A stretch of DNA of 32,124 nt from Thermoplasmatota archaeon (GCA_022866015.1 JALHTX010000140.1:1-32124); one strand, 5' to 3'; shown: positions 9,451 through 20,515, counted from the first letter of the stretch. Numbers and translations are program-made. Notes: generated by a model from the sequence alone, not told the origin.

Positions 9451-9687
9451 ATGAAAAAAGTATGTTTTGTTTTAGATTTTGAAAACTTTGATGACGCAAG
9501 AGTTGTTTATAATTCACTCAACCCTGAGATAAAACATAAGATACCAAAAACAAAAATTAAAGTAAAACTTAAAGAAACTGTTTTAAAAATTGATATAGAG
9601 GCAAATGACATAAGTTCTCTTCGCGCTGCATGTAATTCTTATCTACGTTGGATTAACACAGCACTTAATGTTAAAAAAACAGTTTAA
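9451..9687 (+). CDS. pcc1: KEOPS complex subunit Pcc1
   Basis: IEANDISSLRAACNSYLRWI motif; operon position. Confidence 0.9.
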   Translation: MKKVCFVLDFENFDDARVVYNSLNPEIKHKIPKTKIKVKLKETVLKIDIEANDISSLRAACNSYLRWINTALNVKKTV

Positions 9688-10949
9688 ATCTCTATTGTTT
9701 CTGTTCTACCAGGACCAATTGATATAAGAGCTATTGGTATTTTTGTTTCTTTTTCAATGTATTTTACATATTTTTGTGCTTCAGCAGGTAAATCTGATAA
9801 AGAATCTGAATCAGGTTTTATTTGGTCCCATCCTCTGAATTCTTTGTAGATTGGCTTACATTTTTTAACATCTTCAATATTTGCTGGAAAATATTCTATT
9901 TCTTTGCTATCTAACTTGTATTTAGTACATATTTTCACGTTATCCAATCCATTAAGTACATCAAGTTTTGTTATTACAAGTTTAGTAATATCCGATATCA
10001 TACATGAGTGTTTTACAACTAGAAGGTCAAGCCATCCACAGCGTCTTGGTCTATTAGTTGTAGTACCATATTCATGACCATTTTTTTGGAGATGTTCACC
10101 AGTTTTGTCTAAAAGTTCTGTCGGTAAAGGACCCTCACCAACTCTTGTAGTATATGCTTTTACTATTCCTATTATTTCATCTATATTTCTAGGTCCAATA
10201 CCTGTACCAATACTACAACCACCAGCAATTGTATGTGAAGATGTTGTAAAAGGATATGTTCCAAAATCAACATCTAGCATTGTACCTTGTGCACCCTCTA
10301 AAAGAATGTTTTTACCAGATTTTATTGCTTTGTTTAATTCAATATGTGTTTGAGAAATGTATTGCTTTAGTTGACAACCAAAACCTAAATATTTTTCCAA
10401 AATTATTTTTTTATCTAGTTTTTCAGATATTTCATATGCCCTAAATATTCTTTCTTTTATAGGTATTATAACATCTAATTTTTTACTAAGAAGTTCTTTA
10501 TTTGTTAAATCTATTGCACGTATTCCATTTCTTGCGATTTTATCACTGTAACAAGGCCCTATTCCTCTACCTGTTGTACCTATTTTTTTATCACCAAGAA
10601 ATTTTTCTTCTGCTCCATCAAGTATTTTGTGATAAGGCATGATTATATTTGCTCTATCACTGATTAGAAGTTTCGGTTTTATTCCACGGTTTTTAAGATC
10701 ATTGATTTCTTTTATTAGTATTTCAGGGTCAATTACTACCCCATTTCCTATTACTCCTATTTTACCCTGTATAACTCCTGAAGGAGTCAAATGAAGTTTG
10801 TATACTTCTTCACATACCTTGATAGTATGCCCGGCATTATTACCGCCTTGGAAACGAACTACATAGTCAGCATCTTTAGAATAATAATCAACGACTTTTC
10901 CTTTACCTTCATCTCCCCATTGAGTCCCGATCACTAGGTTTACTGTCAT
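9684..10949 (-). CDS. purA: Adenylosuccinate synthetase
   Basis: QWGDEGKGK, GGNNAGHT, EGAQG, KAYTTRVGEGP, RPRRCGWLD; start likely MTVNL at 10949. Confidence 0.98.
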   Translation of the reverse strand: MTVNLVIGTQWGDEGKGKVVDYYSKDADYVVRFQGGNNAGHTIKVCEEVYKLHLTPSGVIQGKIGVIGNGVVIDPEILIKEINDLKNRGIKPKLLISDRANIIMPYHKILDGAEEKFLGDKKIGTTGRGIGPCYSDKIARNGIRAIDLTNKELLSKKLDVIIPIKERIFRAYEISEKLDKKIILEKYLGFGCQLKQYISQTHIELNKAIKSGKNILLEGAQGTMLDVDFGTYPFTTSSHTIAGGCSIGTGIGPRNIDEIIGIVKAYTTRVGEGPLPTELLDKTGEHLQKNGHEYGTTTNRPRRCGWLDLLVVKHSCMISDITKLVITKLDVLNGLDNVKICTKYKLDSKEIEYFPANIEDVKKCKPIYKEFRGWDQIKPDSDSLSDLPAEAQKYVKYIEKETKIPIALISIGPGRTETIEI

Positions 10950-11056
10950 CTTATTCCACTTACTTGGCATATTAAAAGACATAAATAAAGATAATGTAAG
11001 AAAAAAAATAAACTAGACGAAGGTTTTATAAAACAAATTTATTATTGACCCGTTAA

Positions 11057-12208
11057 ATGTCTAATACATGGACTTGGAATCCCTTTGATAATACAACAAA
11101 CAATACTACAGATTTAGATATCGAATTGTTGAAAACAGAAGTAGGAAAAAATTTTCCTATATACGATGTAAAATACGGTAAAGATGCTGCTGCTTTTTTC
11201 TGTAGAATAGACGAAAACCTACTCGAAGAAAAATTTGATGCCCTTCGAAAATCGCTATCTGATAAGGGGTTCATCCCAATTCTTAGACATGAGCATGGGG
11301 AACATATAATATATATCACAAAAAAACAAAAAAGAAAAGAAAAGCCGATTTGGATAAATATTTTGTTGCTTGCTGCAACAATTGTTACTACCATTATTAC
11401 AGGATCTCTTCTTTCACTTAACCATTTGGATATCTGGAGTATGCAAAATCCTATGGATATCTTTAAATTTGAGAATTTATTAAATGGTGCAATATTTTTT
11501 TCATTACCTCTTATGAGCATACTAATTGTTCATGAAATGGGGCATTATTTTATATCTAAAAAACATGGCATTTCAACATCTTTACCATATTTTATACCAC
11601 TACCACCTGTTTTGGGTTTTAATATCGGAACTTTTGGAGCATTAATATCTAGTAGGGACCCCATGCCAAATAAAAAAGCATTGTTTGATGTAGGTATTGC
11701 AGGGCCACTAGCAGGTTTTCTTGTTGCAATTCCTGTAACAGTAATCGGTATCGTAACAGCAAAAATTATTCCAGTTGTACCATTTGAAAATCTTGCTGAA
11801 GGACAGGTTGTTTTTGGGAGTTCATTTCTAATTGATATACTGACAAAAATAATACATAATTTGCCACAAGGTTATACAATAGATTTTAACCCAATTTTAT
11901 TTGCGGGTTGGGTAGGCCTCTTAATTACATCGATAAATCTACTACCCGCCGGTCAACTTGATGGAGGGCATATATTTAGAGCAGTTCTTGGAAATAAGCA
12001 AAAATATGCTGGATGGATAGCAATTTTTATAATGATTTTAACAGGTTGGTGGTTTTTTGCATTAATTATAATATTTTTAATGGGGACGATGCATCCACCT
12101 CCATTAAACGATGAAACTGGAATCGACTACAAACGAAAACTATTATTTGTTTTAGCAATAGTTATACTAATATTATGTTTCATACCAACCCCTATATATG
12201 TCAAATAA
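11057..12208 (+). CDS. Site-2 protease (M50 family)
   Basis: HEMGH and NLLPAGQLDGGH motifs; multiple transmembrane segments. Confidence 0.93.
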   Translation: MSNTWTWNPFDNTTNNTTDLDIELLKTEVGKNFPIYDVKYGKDAAAFFCRIDENLLEEKFDALRKSLSDKGFIPILRHEHGEHIIYITKKQKRKEKPIWINILLLAATIVTTIITGSLLSLNHLDIWSMQNPMDIFKFENLLNGAIFFSLPLMSILIVHEMGHYFISKKHGISTSLPYFIPLPPVLGFNIGTFGALISSRDPMPNKKALFDVGIAGPLAGFLVAIPVTVIGIVTAKIIPVVPFENLAEGQVVFGSSFLIDILTKIIHNLPQGYTIDFNPILFAGWVGLLITSINLLPAGQLDGGHIFRAVLGNKQKYAGWIAIFIMILTGWWFFALIIIFLMGTMHPPPLNDETGIDYKRKLLFVLAIVILILCFIPTPIYVK

Positions 12209-12275
12209 ACTTAGTTTCATCGCAATCATTTAATAGTCTTAAAATAATCAACCTATTAAACAAAATGTGATTCAT

Positions 12276-12500
12276 ATGAAAACATATCTAACAATTACAT
12301 TTAACAGTGAGGGAAGCAGACCTTCAGAAATAAAAACACAATTAATGAATCTAGGTTTTAAAGCTGCAAAAGGAAGCTATGATTTTGTATATGAGTGGGA
12401 TCAAAAAGAGGTAACAATAGATGAACTAGTATGGTTTGCAGATAAGATACATACTGCTTTAAAGCATCATAATATATTATTTTCAATAGACACCATATAA
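12276..12500 (+). CDS. Hypothetical protein
   Basis: 74-aa globular-looking ORF starting MKTYLTITFNSEG, with GTGA SD-like motif upstream. Confidence 0.75.
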   Translation: MKTYLTITFNSEGSRPSEIKTQLMNLGFKAAKGSYDFVYEWDQKEVTIDELVWFADKIHTALKHHNILFSIDTI

Positions 12501-12510
12501 AAATATAACA

Positions 12511-13236
12511 TTATTTCTTGTTTTTCCTTATTTTTTGTTTACTTCCACTTAAAACACCCATAAATGTATGATATTCCCATTTAGATGGCATCGCTCTACC
12601 CATAAGTCGTCTAAACATTACTTTCGTATTTTCTTTTTTATGTTCAGGATAATCAATACTGTCTAAAAGCTCTGAAAAAAAACTAAAAAGTTTTTCTTTT
12701 TCAATGCGATCAAGTGTTCTTTTTTTATTGTCTTTTTTTCCTTTATTTACAAACAAAGAAAACAAAACAATTGTTACAGCATGTGAAAGATTCATAGAAG
12801 GATAAGCGCTACTAGTTGGTATGCGAATCATTATGTCACACATAGCAATTTCTTCGTTGAAAAGACCATAATCTTCACGACCAAAAATAAGACCTACTTT
12901 TCCATCTGTTTCAAAGATATTATTACAAAAATCAAATAAGTTCAAAGGAAGTCTAAGATGTCTTTTATCTGTTTTACTTTCAATTGAACTCGTCGCAACA
13001 AGAAAATCTAGATTCTTTATCGCTTCATCAAATGAAGGAAAAATCTTTGCATCATTTAATATATCTTGTGCATGCATAGCACGTGCAAAACAGTCACCAT
13101 CTAATTCACATGGATTTATCAGATATAAGTTTTTAAAATTAAAATTTGCCATAGATCGTGCTACAGCACCTATATTTCCACCATATTTAGGTTCAACTAA
13201 AACTATGTAAAACTCAGGAATACTATTCCACTCCAA
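12511..13236 (-). CDS. trmJ: tRNA 2'-O-methyltransferase TrmJ family (SPOUT)
   Basis: VLVEPKYGGNIGAVARSMANF, IFGREDYGL, YPSMNLSHAV. Confidence 0.92.
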   Translation of the reverse strand: MEWNSIPEFYIVLVEPKYGGNIGAVARSMANFNFKNLYLINPCELDGDCFARAMHAQDILNDAKIFPSFDEAIKNLDFLVATSSIESKTDKRHLRLPLNLFDFCNNIFETDGKVGLIFGREDYGLFNEEIAMCDIMIRIPTSSAYPSMNLSHAVTIVLFSLFVNKGKKDNKKRTLDRIEKEKLFSFFSELLDSIDYPEHKKENTKVMFRRLMGRAMPSKWEYHTFMGVLSGSKQKIRKNKK

Positions 13237-13249
13237 GTTATTATAATAC

Positions 13250-13633
13250 TTATTTAATCTGTAATTCTTCTTCTTTTTCCCTTAACATTTTCTGGTATTT
13301 GGAAGGCAGGTGTTTTACCATTTGTTTAACTTCAACATGTTTTTTTAAGAATTCTGATCTTTTATTTGTTTCAAGTTCCTCAAGCACAAATTTACGAGTC
13401 TTAAGGTGGCTATATAGATAATAAACTCCTATTACAAAAATAATTAAACCTATTATCAATATGTATAGACTCCAGTTAAGGGCTTCATCTGAAAAATCAA
13501 GTATATTTTTTGTTATATCTTTAAACCACATGCCAGTTATACCTATTAATAAAACAATACATCCTAGTATTGTAAATATGATGCTTAAAATAAAAACATA
13601 TTCTCGTAAAAAGCCTGTTATCTTTCCACTCAT
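13250..13633 (-). CDS. Two-TM membrane protein (DUF3198-like)
   Basis: Two hydrophobic helices followed by a charged tail; family name from recall only. Confidence 0.65.
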   Translation of the reverse strand: MSGKITGFLREYVFILSIIFTILGCIVLLIGITGMWFKDITKNILDFSDEALNWSLYILIIGLIIFVIGVYYLYSHLKTRKFVLEELETNKRSEFLKKHVEVKQMVKHLPSKYQKMLREKEEELQIK

Positions 13634-13664
13634 ATCTTTTTTTCACCTCTCAATTTTATTTTTT

Positions 13665-15083
13665 TTAATATGATTTTGCATATCTCATCCAAGTCACCCC
13701 ATGTTTTTTACAAACAGGGCATAACTTGTCACATTTATTATTTTCAATTGGTTCAACTAACGTGTTACCCTCTAAAACATTTTCGATTTCTAAAGCACAA
13801 TCTTTATTACCGCACCATGGTAATTCAACGATACCTTTCAAATTTTTTGCTTTTTCAATATTTTCAACTCTATGTATATTTTCATTTAGAATTTTTTTAG
13901 CGTTATCAAAAAGAGTCTTAGCAATATCAGATAGTTCTGATTTAATCATAACAATAGATGAATTAATTAGTATTGATTTCTTTTCAGAGTTGTCTCTTCT
14001 AACAAGTACTATCTGTTTATTTTCTATATCACGCGGACCAATTTCTACTCTGATTGGTACTCCTTTAAGTTCCCACTCATAATATTTGTTACCCGGTGTT
14101 ATATCACGATTGTCTATGTAAACCCTGAAACCTTCATTTTTTAGTTGTTTTTCAAGTGATTTACACGCATCAGTAACAGTTTTTTCTTTTCCTTTGAAAA
14201 TAATTGGGATTATAACAATTTGAGTTGGTGCTACCGCTGGTGGCATTATAAGGCCTTTATTGTCACCATGAATACCTATAAGAGCACCTAATATCCTCTC
14301 GCTCATACCATATGTTGTTTGGTGACAAAAAGCATGGTCTCCTTTTTCTGTTTCATAACTTATTTCATATGGTTTTGCAAAGTTATCACGATACTGATGA
14401 ATAGAACCAAGTTGTAGGGTTCTTAAAGAAGGCATTAATACATCTATACTTATTGTATAATATGCTCCTGCAAATTTATCCCATTCAGGTCTTTTACAAA
14501 ATATAAATGGCAGACATAGTTTTTCAAATAGTCTTTTAGCAATTTCTTTATCTTCATGTATTTGTTTTTCAGCGTCTTCAAAGTCAATATGACATGTATG
14601 AGCTTCAAAGAAATGAATTTCGCGAACACGAATAAAAGCACGAGTCTGTTTAGTTTCGTATCTAAAAGTGTTAACAATTTGATAAGTCTTAAGAGGAAGA
14701 TCTGCGTGTGATCGTATCCAAAGTGAAAACATAGGATACATAGCAGTTTCACTAGTAGGTCTTAATAGCCAACGTTCCTCAAGCTTGTTAAGACCTGCAT
14801 GAGTAACCCAATAGACTTCACTACCAAACCCTTCAATATGTTCCTCTTCTTTTTTAAAAGAAGATTCAGGTATTAGTAATGGGAAACATAATTCCTGATG
14901 ATTGGTTTTTATCATTTCTTCTCTGATCATTTGATCCACATGACCCATAAGAGTCCAACCATATGGACGCCAGACATTCATACCTTTTATCGGATATCTT
15001 TTATCACATAAGTCTGCAAGTTCTACTATTTCATTATACCATTCGTTGAAATCATCTGTTTTTTTTACTTTTGTCTCCGGCAT
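13665..15083 (-). CDS. proS: Proline--tRNA ligase (archaeal type)
   Basis: LRPTSET, FRYETKQTRAFIRVREI, YGMSER, WELKGVP, C-terminal Zn motif and ...AKSY end. Confidence 0.98.
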   Translation of the reverse strand: MPETKVKKTDDFNEWYNEIVELADLCDKRYPIKGMNVWRPYGWTLMGHVDQMIREEMIKTNHQELCFPLLIPESSFKKEEEHIEGFGSEVYWVTHAGLNKLEERWLLRPTSETAMYPMFSLWIRSHADLPLKTYQIVNTFRYETKQTRAFIRVREIHFFEAHTCHIDFEDAEKQIHEDKEIAKRLFEKLCLPFIFCKRPEWDKFAGAYYTISIDVLMPSLRTLQLGSIHQYRDNFAKPYEISYETEKGDHAFCHQTTYGMSERILGALIGIHGDNKGLIMPPAVAPTQIVIIPIIFKGKEKTVTDACKSLEKQLKNEGFRVYIDNRDITPGNKYYEWELKGVPIRVEIGPRDIENKQIVLVRRDNSEKKSILINSSIVMIKSELSDIAKTLFDNAKKILNENIHRVENIEKAKNLKGIVELPWCGNKDCALEIENVLEGNTLVEPIENNKCDKLCPVCKKHGVTWMRYAKSY

Positions 15084-15150
15084 ATTTTTTTCAACCTACA
15101 AAACCAAAAAAGAAAAAATGCTATTAAATATAACGATAAAAAAAGAACGC

Positions 15151-15300
15151 TTAGACTCCACGTCCTTCTTTTGCTTTTACTCTTAACTCTTTTGATCGGC
15201 ATCTTCGACATCTTTCTGCCTTTGGTGCATTAATACAACCGCATTTCATACATACCTTTTTGTTTAGTGTACGTGCTTCTGCTTCAGGGAATCTTGCCAT
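15151..15300 (-). CDS. rpl40e: 50S ribosomal protein L40e
   Basis: Manual translation [49 protein letters not shown]. Confidence 0.95.
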   Translation of the reverse strand: MARFPEAEARTLNKKVCMKCGCINAPKAERCRRCRSKELRVKAKEGRGV

Positions 15301-15422
15301 ATATGATACCGCCTTTAACTTCTAGGGAATAAGGATTTATTATATAAAGATTAGTGCAACTTAAACAGAATAAAAAAAAAGTTTTTTAAAAATTATAGAA
15401 ATATACTTAACTATAAATAACT

Positions 15423-16010
15423 ATGAAGGGAAATGGCGAGCAAAAGGTGAAGGCTAGTACTATCTGTCCAAAGTGTAAAAGCGAGTTTATTTTAGAGTTA
15501 ACAGAAGATAAAAAGGTAAATGATGTAATCTGCCCAGAATGTCTAAATAAATTTAGTATTGACACTAAATGTGAATCTAAGGAATTAGACTGGCAAGAAT
15601 ATGGCGAACCACGTAAAACCATTCTTTCATGTATTAAACCACGTTCTAATAAACCATTAATCGCTGTCATATTACTTGTTTGTGTTTTTTTAATTGGAAT
15701 ATCAACTGCGGTTTCCTACGTTGTTTTTATTCAAACTACATCTTATGCCATTTCTTTTATGGATTTTTTTAAGGACAATATAAATGTTGCCCACTCCATC
15801 ATAATAGTTATTTTTTCAATTTTTGCGTTAATTGCTGTATTTGCTTGTATTAAACGTAAATATTTTGGTCTTGCAATTGTTGGCTCATTTATAGCAATTT
15901 TTTCGTTTGGTTTTTTCTTTATTGGCTCTATTCTTAGCATAATTGCTTTTGTAATAATTTATCGCTCAAGAGATGAGTTTGAAGATGAAAAGAAGGGAAA
16001 AATCTTCTAG
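15423..16010 (+). CDS. Zn-ribbon + 4-TM membrane protein
   Basis: CPKC...CPEC, then hydrophobic helices ending SRDEFE. Confidence 0.75.
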   Translation: MKGNGEQKVKASTICPKCKSEFILELTEDKKVNDVICPECLNKFSIDTKCESKELDWQEYGEPRKTILSCIKPRSNKPLIAVILLVCVFLIGISTAVSYVVFIQTTSYAISFMDFFKDNINVAHSIIIVIFSIFALIAVFACIKRKYFGLAIVGSFIAIFSFGFFFIGSILSIIAFVIIYRSRDEFEDEKKGKIF

Positions 16011-16536
16011 AGTTACCATCATTATTAGTTTATTATTTTTATTATTTTTGATATGGATTTTATTGCAGTTTTTAGCACCAATAGCATTACCTTATCAAAG
16101 CGTTAGTGAACTAGATGGAACTACGATATTTATTGATAACCAAGAAAAAATTAATAATATGACTACACCGTGGGGTTCTATCTATGGTTGTGGTGATAGA
16201 CTTTGTCATCAAAAAGCAGATAGAAGTTTTTTTATAAATGGAAATGAAATGCCTTTTTGTACTCGTTGTACTGCTATATGGCTTGGCCTTGCAATAGGTT
16301 TAGGTTTTATGACTTTTTATAAAATAAATCTAGATGAAAAATTTATTATTCTAATATTTATAGGTTTGTTTCCAATCGGTATAGATGGCTTTGGCCAATT
16401 ATTTGGACTTTGGGAGAGTAATAATATAATAAGAGTAATAACAGGTGTTTTAACAGGATTTATATGTGGTCTAGCAATAGGTATTATTATCGACGAAGTT
16501 AGTGATATTTTTATAAGTAGGAAAAAAAACTATTAA
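15973..16536 (+). CDS. DUF2085-like membrane protein
   Basis: CHQKADRSFF...PFCTRCTAIW and IDGFGQ...SNNIIRVITG motifs. Confidence 0.85.
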   Translation: MSLKMKRREKSSRVTIIISLLFLLFLIWILLQFLAPIALPYQSVSELDGTTIFIDNQEKINNMTTPWGSIYGCGDRLCHQKADRSFFINGNEMPFCTRCTAIWLGLAIGLGFMTFYKINLDEKFIILIFIGLFPIGIDGFGQLFGLWESNNIIRVITGVLTGFICGLAIGIIIDEVSDIFISRKKNY

Positions 16537-16617
16537 TTACATTAGTTTTTCAAAAAACGACATTTATTTATATAGTAAGAAGCTACTAAAACTAAAAAAT
16601 ATACAGGAGAGAAAGAA

Positions 16618-17313
16618 ATGGAAGATTTAAAAAACGCTAAGATTTTAGGTGGCTTAGGTGCATTATTAATGCTCGTTGGATGGATTATTCCTACAGCAGG
16701 TTTTTTAATTGTCCTTGTTGGACTGATTCTGCTCTTTATTGGGGTAAAATATATTGCTGATGAGACCAAAGATAATACAATATTTAGAAACTATCTGTAT
16801 TTTTTCATTTGTACGTTTATTGCTATCGTTGCAGTTTGTGCTATTTTATTCGTTACACTCGCATCAGTAGGCGGAATTGCGTACTTTACTTCATTTCAAG
16901 ACATGGACATGACGGATCCTATGGCAGTTTTTAATTATTTATCACCGTTTTTAGTAGGTTGTGCAGCAGCTTTTCTCATAGGATGGATTTTTTTAATAAT
17001 CGGTGCTTTTTATCTGAAAAAAAGTTATAATAGTATCACCGAACATACAAAAGTAGGATTATTCAAAACAACTGGTCTTGTCTATCTTATTGGAGCTTTC
17101 ACCTTGATTATCGGTATCGGAGTAATTATTATAATAATTGCAAAAATAATGGAGATCATCTCATTCTTTACTCTTCCAGATGTATTACCAACTGGTGCAC
17201 CTGGAACTATAGGTCAACAACCTGGAAGAATTTGTCCAAATTGTGGAAGACCCATTCCAATGGATTCACAAGTATGCCCATACTGTGGTAAAGATTTCAG
17301 ACCACCAATATAA
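16618..17313 (+). CDS. DUF996-like membrane protein with C-terminal Zn ribbon
   Basis: AKILGGLGALL, LFKTTGLVYLIGA, ISFFTLP; CPNCG...CPYCG tail. Confidence 0.85.
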   Translation: MEDLKNAKILGGLGALLMLVGWIIPTAGFLIVLVGLILLFIGVKYIADETKDNTIFRNYLYFFICTFIAIVAVCAILFVTLASVGGIAYFTSFQDMDMTDPMAVFNYLSPFLVGCAAAFLIGWIFLIIGAFYLKKSYNSITEHTKVGLFKTTGLVYLIGAFTLIIGIGVIIIIIAKIMEIISFFTLPDVLPTGAPGTIGQQPGRICPNCGRPIPMDSQVCPYCGKDFRPPI

Positions 17314-17327
17314 TAAAAAAAATAGTT

Positions 17328-17349
17328 GGAAAAGAATTATTTCTTTTCC
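17328..17349. terminator. Hairpin between convergent genes (putative bidirectional terminator)
   Basis: Perfect GGAAAAGAA-TTAT-TTCTTTTCC with A-tracts on the left and T-tracts on the right. Confidence 0.55.
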
Positions 17350-17397
17350 TCTAAATTTTTCTTTTTTAATTACAATATTATAAGTATTAAGTAAGTT

Positions 17398-17838
17398 TTA
17401 ATGAAATTCTTTTCTAGATAAATATAGCAAAACTACAGCTATAACTGATAAGATTCCAGGAATTATTAAAGGCCATATTGTAAAAATACCAATAATTGCA
17501 CAAGTTAAACAGATACCCCATAATTTTTTTCTAAAACAAAGAATACCACCAAGTATTGGAAATATAGAAATAACCATTGCAATTGAAAGGCAGATATTCA
17601 TCAAACCAATTACATCGTCTAATGTAATATTAGGATCTATTTCTGTAAACTGAGATATATTAATAAATTGTCCAGGATTAGAGGAGAGGGTTGCATTAAG
17701 AAATATCAACATAATAATTGATAAAACTCCAGCAATGATTAATAAAACACCTGCAATAATTATTTTTGGACTAGTTTTATTTTCTTTAGCATATGGGTTT
17801 AGTTGTAAATCATTTTCAAGCATTTGATTTTCATTCAT
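17398..17838 (-). CDS. 4-TM membrane protein, paralogue of the TM part of 15423..16010
   Basis: Same helix layout, ending SRKEFH. Confidence 0.75.
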   Translation of the reverse strand: MNENQMLENDLQLNPYAKENKTSPKIIIAGVLLIIAGVLSIIMLIFLNATLSSNPGQFINISQFTEIDPNITLDDVIGLMNICLSIAMVISIFPILGGILCFRKKLWGICLTCAIIGIFTIWPLIIPGILSVIAVVLLYLSRKEFH

Positions 17839-17840
17839 AT

Positions 17841-18530
17841 TTACACCTTACTTTTTTTACTTCTTTTTCTTCTTTCAATCTGAATAATTATCAATGGTAA
17901 TACCTTTTTGATTACATAAAAAAAAGATAACAATCCATAAACAATTACCAAACAAACAAAAATAATCTGTATATTTAATGTATCAATATTTGAATATGAA
18001 ATCATTAAACCAAGTAACAGATTAAAAGGTAGCTGAAGTAAAATACTAGTAATTAAAAAACGAGTAAGTTTTCCTTGAAAAACACCAAAACCGATGTAGG
18101 CACCTGTTGCTCCATGAAATAATATTATTCCAACCGAGCCTATAGTGATAAAAGTTAAAATATAAATATTATTTGTCGAAATAGCTGCAGTTGCAATTAT
18201 CATAAAAGGAGTGAAAGAAGACCCAAATCCTAGGCCTAATGATAATCCATAAATTGGTGTTTCACTTTTTGTTTGGAATCTACGAAGGTTTAAAACAATT
18301 GTTTTGAATAATTGGTCAAAAAATGAAAGTACAATAATAAAAATTATTGATAAAGAAATAGTAAAAGACTGCACAAATGCTGCAATAAAACCCATTATGA
18401 TTCCTGCTATAAAAGTAAGAAACATGATTTTATCTTTATAATATCCTTCATATCCTTTAAGACTTATGTACATTATTATAAGGGCTGGTATAACACCAAG
18501 AAATAAGCTTGCTTGTGGTAATAAGTCCAT
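17841..18530 (-). CDS. Polytopic membrane protein, PrsW-like (degenerate motifs)
   Basis: About 7 TM segments; FFDQLFK, YGLSLGLGFG and LFHGATGAYIG align to PrsW-type motifs. Confidence 0.6.
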   Translation of the reverse strand: MDLLPQASLFLGVIPALIIMYISLKGYEGYYKDKIMFLTFIAGIIMGFIAAFVQSFTISLSIIFIIVLSFFDQLFKTIVLNLRRFQTKSETPIYGLSLGLGFGSSFTPFMIIATAAISTNNIYILTFITIGSVGIILFHGATGAYIGFGVFQGKLTRFLITSILLQLPFNLLLGLMISYSNIDTLNIQIIFVCLVIVYGLLSFFYVIKKVLPLIIIQIERRKRSKKSKV

Positions 18531-18576
18531 TTTAATTCTCTAGTGAAATACAGAAGTATATATTAAAGATAATTGA

Positions 18577-19278
<702 letters not shown>

Positions 19279-19349
19279 AAAAAATTATTCTATTTTTTAA
19301 AATTATAATAAAACTAATAATGTTAATATGTAAATCGATTGAGATAAAA

Positions 19350-19505
19350 TTATTTTCTAAGTTTTCTAATTGTAAATTCTCCTTTTACTGTAGGTATTAT
19401 CTCTATCTCATCTCCATCATTTATATCATGGGCTTTTGCTAATTGACTAGGTATTGTAACCACCAGACTACTACCTACAATTCGGGCTTTTCTTGTTAGA
19501 GGCAT
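19350..19505 (-). CDS. AbrB/MazE/SpoVT-family DNA-binding protein (51 aa)
   Basis: Manual translation MPLTRKARIVGSSLVVTIPSQLAKAHDINDGDEIEIIPTVKGEFTIRKLRK*; G-S-x-x-TIP...GD pattern. Confidence 0.88.
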   Translation of the reverse strand: MPLTRKARIVGSSLVVTIPSQLAKAHDINDGDEIEIIPTVKGEFTIRKLRK

Positions 19506-19697
19506 ATCCCATCAACCACAGAAAAAAGTAATGTATACTTGAATATATATATGTTTTGATATTTTCAAATATCTCTAAATATAAACCCTAAAAAATACAA
19601 AAAATGATAAGAAAACAAAACAGACAACAATAAATAAAAGACCAAAAAGTTATCAATACAAACCAGATATCCCATGACTTGGAACGAAGCATATATT

Positions 19698-20357
19698 ATG
19701 AAGATATTTATCGACACAGCAGATTTAAATGAAATAAAAGAAATAGCAAGTTGGGGAATACTAGATGGAGTAACAACTAACCCTACACTTGTTGCAAAAA
19801 CAGGTAAATCATTCAACGAAATAATAGATGAAATATTCAAACTAGTTGATGAACCAATAAGCCTAGAAGTATTAAGCGAAAACGCAGAAGACATGGTAAA
19901 AGAAGCAAAAGAACTTGTAAAAAAAGTCCAAGAAAAATACCAAAAAAACGTTGTAATAAAAATACCTATGAACTCCGAAGGACTAAAAGCAGTAAAAAAA
20001 CTTTCAAAAGAAAAAATAAGAACAAATGTAACCCTTATTTTTTCTGCAAACCAGGCACTCTTGGCTGCAAAAGCAGGAGCAACATATATAAGCCCATTTA
20101 TCGGAAGGCTTGATGATATTGGGCAAGACGGAATGCAAATAATAGAAGAAATAACAGAAATATTTTATAACTATGATATTAAAACAGAATTAATAGTTGC
20201 AAGTATACGCCACCCAATCCATGTAATTGACGCAGCAAGACTAGGCGCAGATATAGCAACAATACCACCAGAAGTAATTAGAAAAATGGTTAAACATTCA
20301 CTAACTGATAAAGGAATGCAAAGCTTTCTTTCAGATTGGAAAAAAGTAAAAAAATAG
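19698..20357 (+). CDS. tal: Transaldolase (TalC/FSA family)
   Basis: IFIDTA, GVTTNP, VVIKIP, ASIR; Glu in SLEV and Phe in SPF indicate transaldolase rather than FSA. Confidence 0.93.
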   Translation: MKIFIDTADLNEIKEIASWGILDGVTTNPTLVAKTGKSFNEIIDEIFKLVDEPISLEVLSENAEDMVKEAKELVKKVQEKYQKNVVIKIPMNSEGLKAVKKLSKEKIRTNVTLIFSANQALLAAKAGATYISPFIGRLDDIGQDGMQIIEEITEIFYNYDIKTELIVASIRHPIHVIDAARLGADIATIPPEVIRKMVKHSLTDKGMQSFLSDWKKVKK

Positions 20358-20434
20358 AGTTTTATATTCTTTCTATTTTACCAAATATGAATTTTTTCTC
20401 CTGTTGATATAAAAATAAAAATCAGTGTAAACAA

Positions 20435-20457
20435 ATTTAGTGTAGGGAAAGGGATTT
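20435..20457 (-). repeat. Degenerate tRNA-3'-end-like direct repeat, copy 1
   Basis: ATTTAGTGTAGGGAAAGGGATTT; 20/23 identical to 21608-21630. Confidence 0.55.
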
Positions 20458-20515
20458 AGACTTCAAGTTAAAATCTCTTTTATAGCTTCTAATATCTTTT
20501 CATTTAGCAGATTTC

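Noticed and set aside
5558..14752. Many 60-155 aa ORFs antisense to or overlapping core genes
   Set aside because: Shadow frames of well-supported housekeeping genes.
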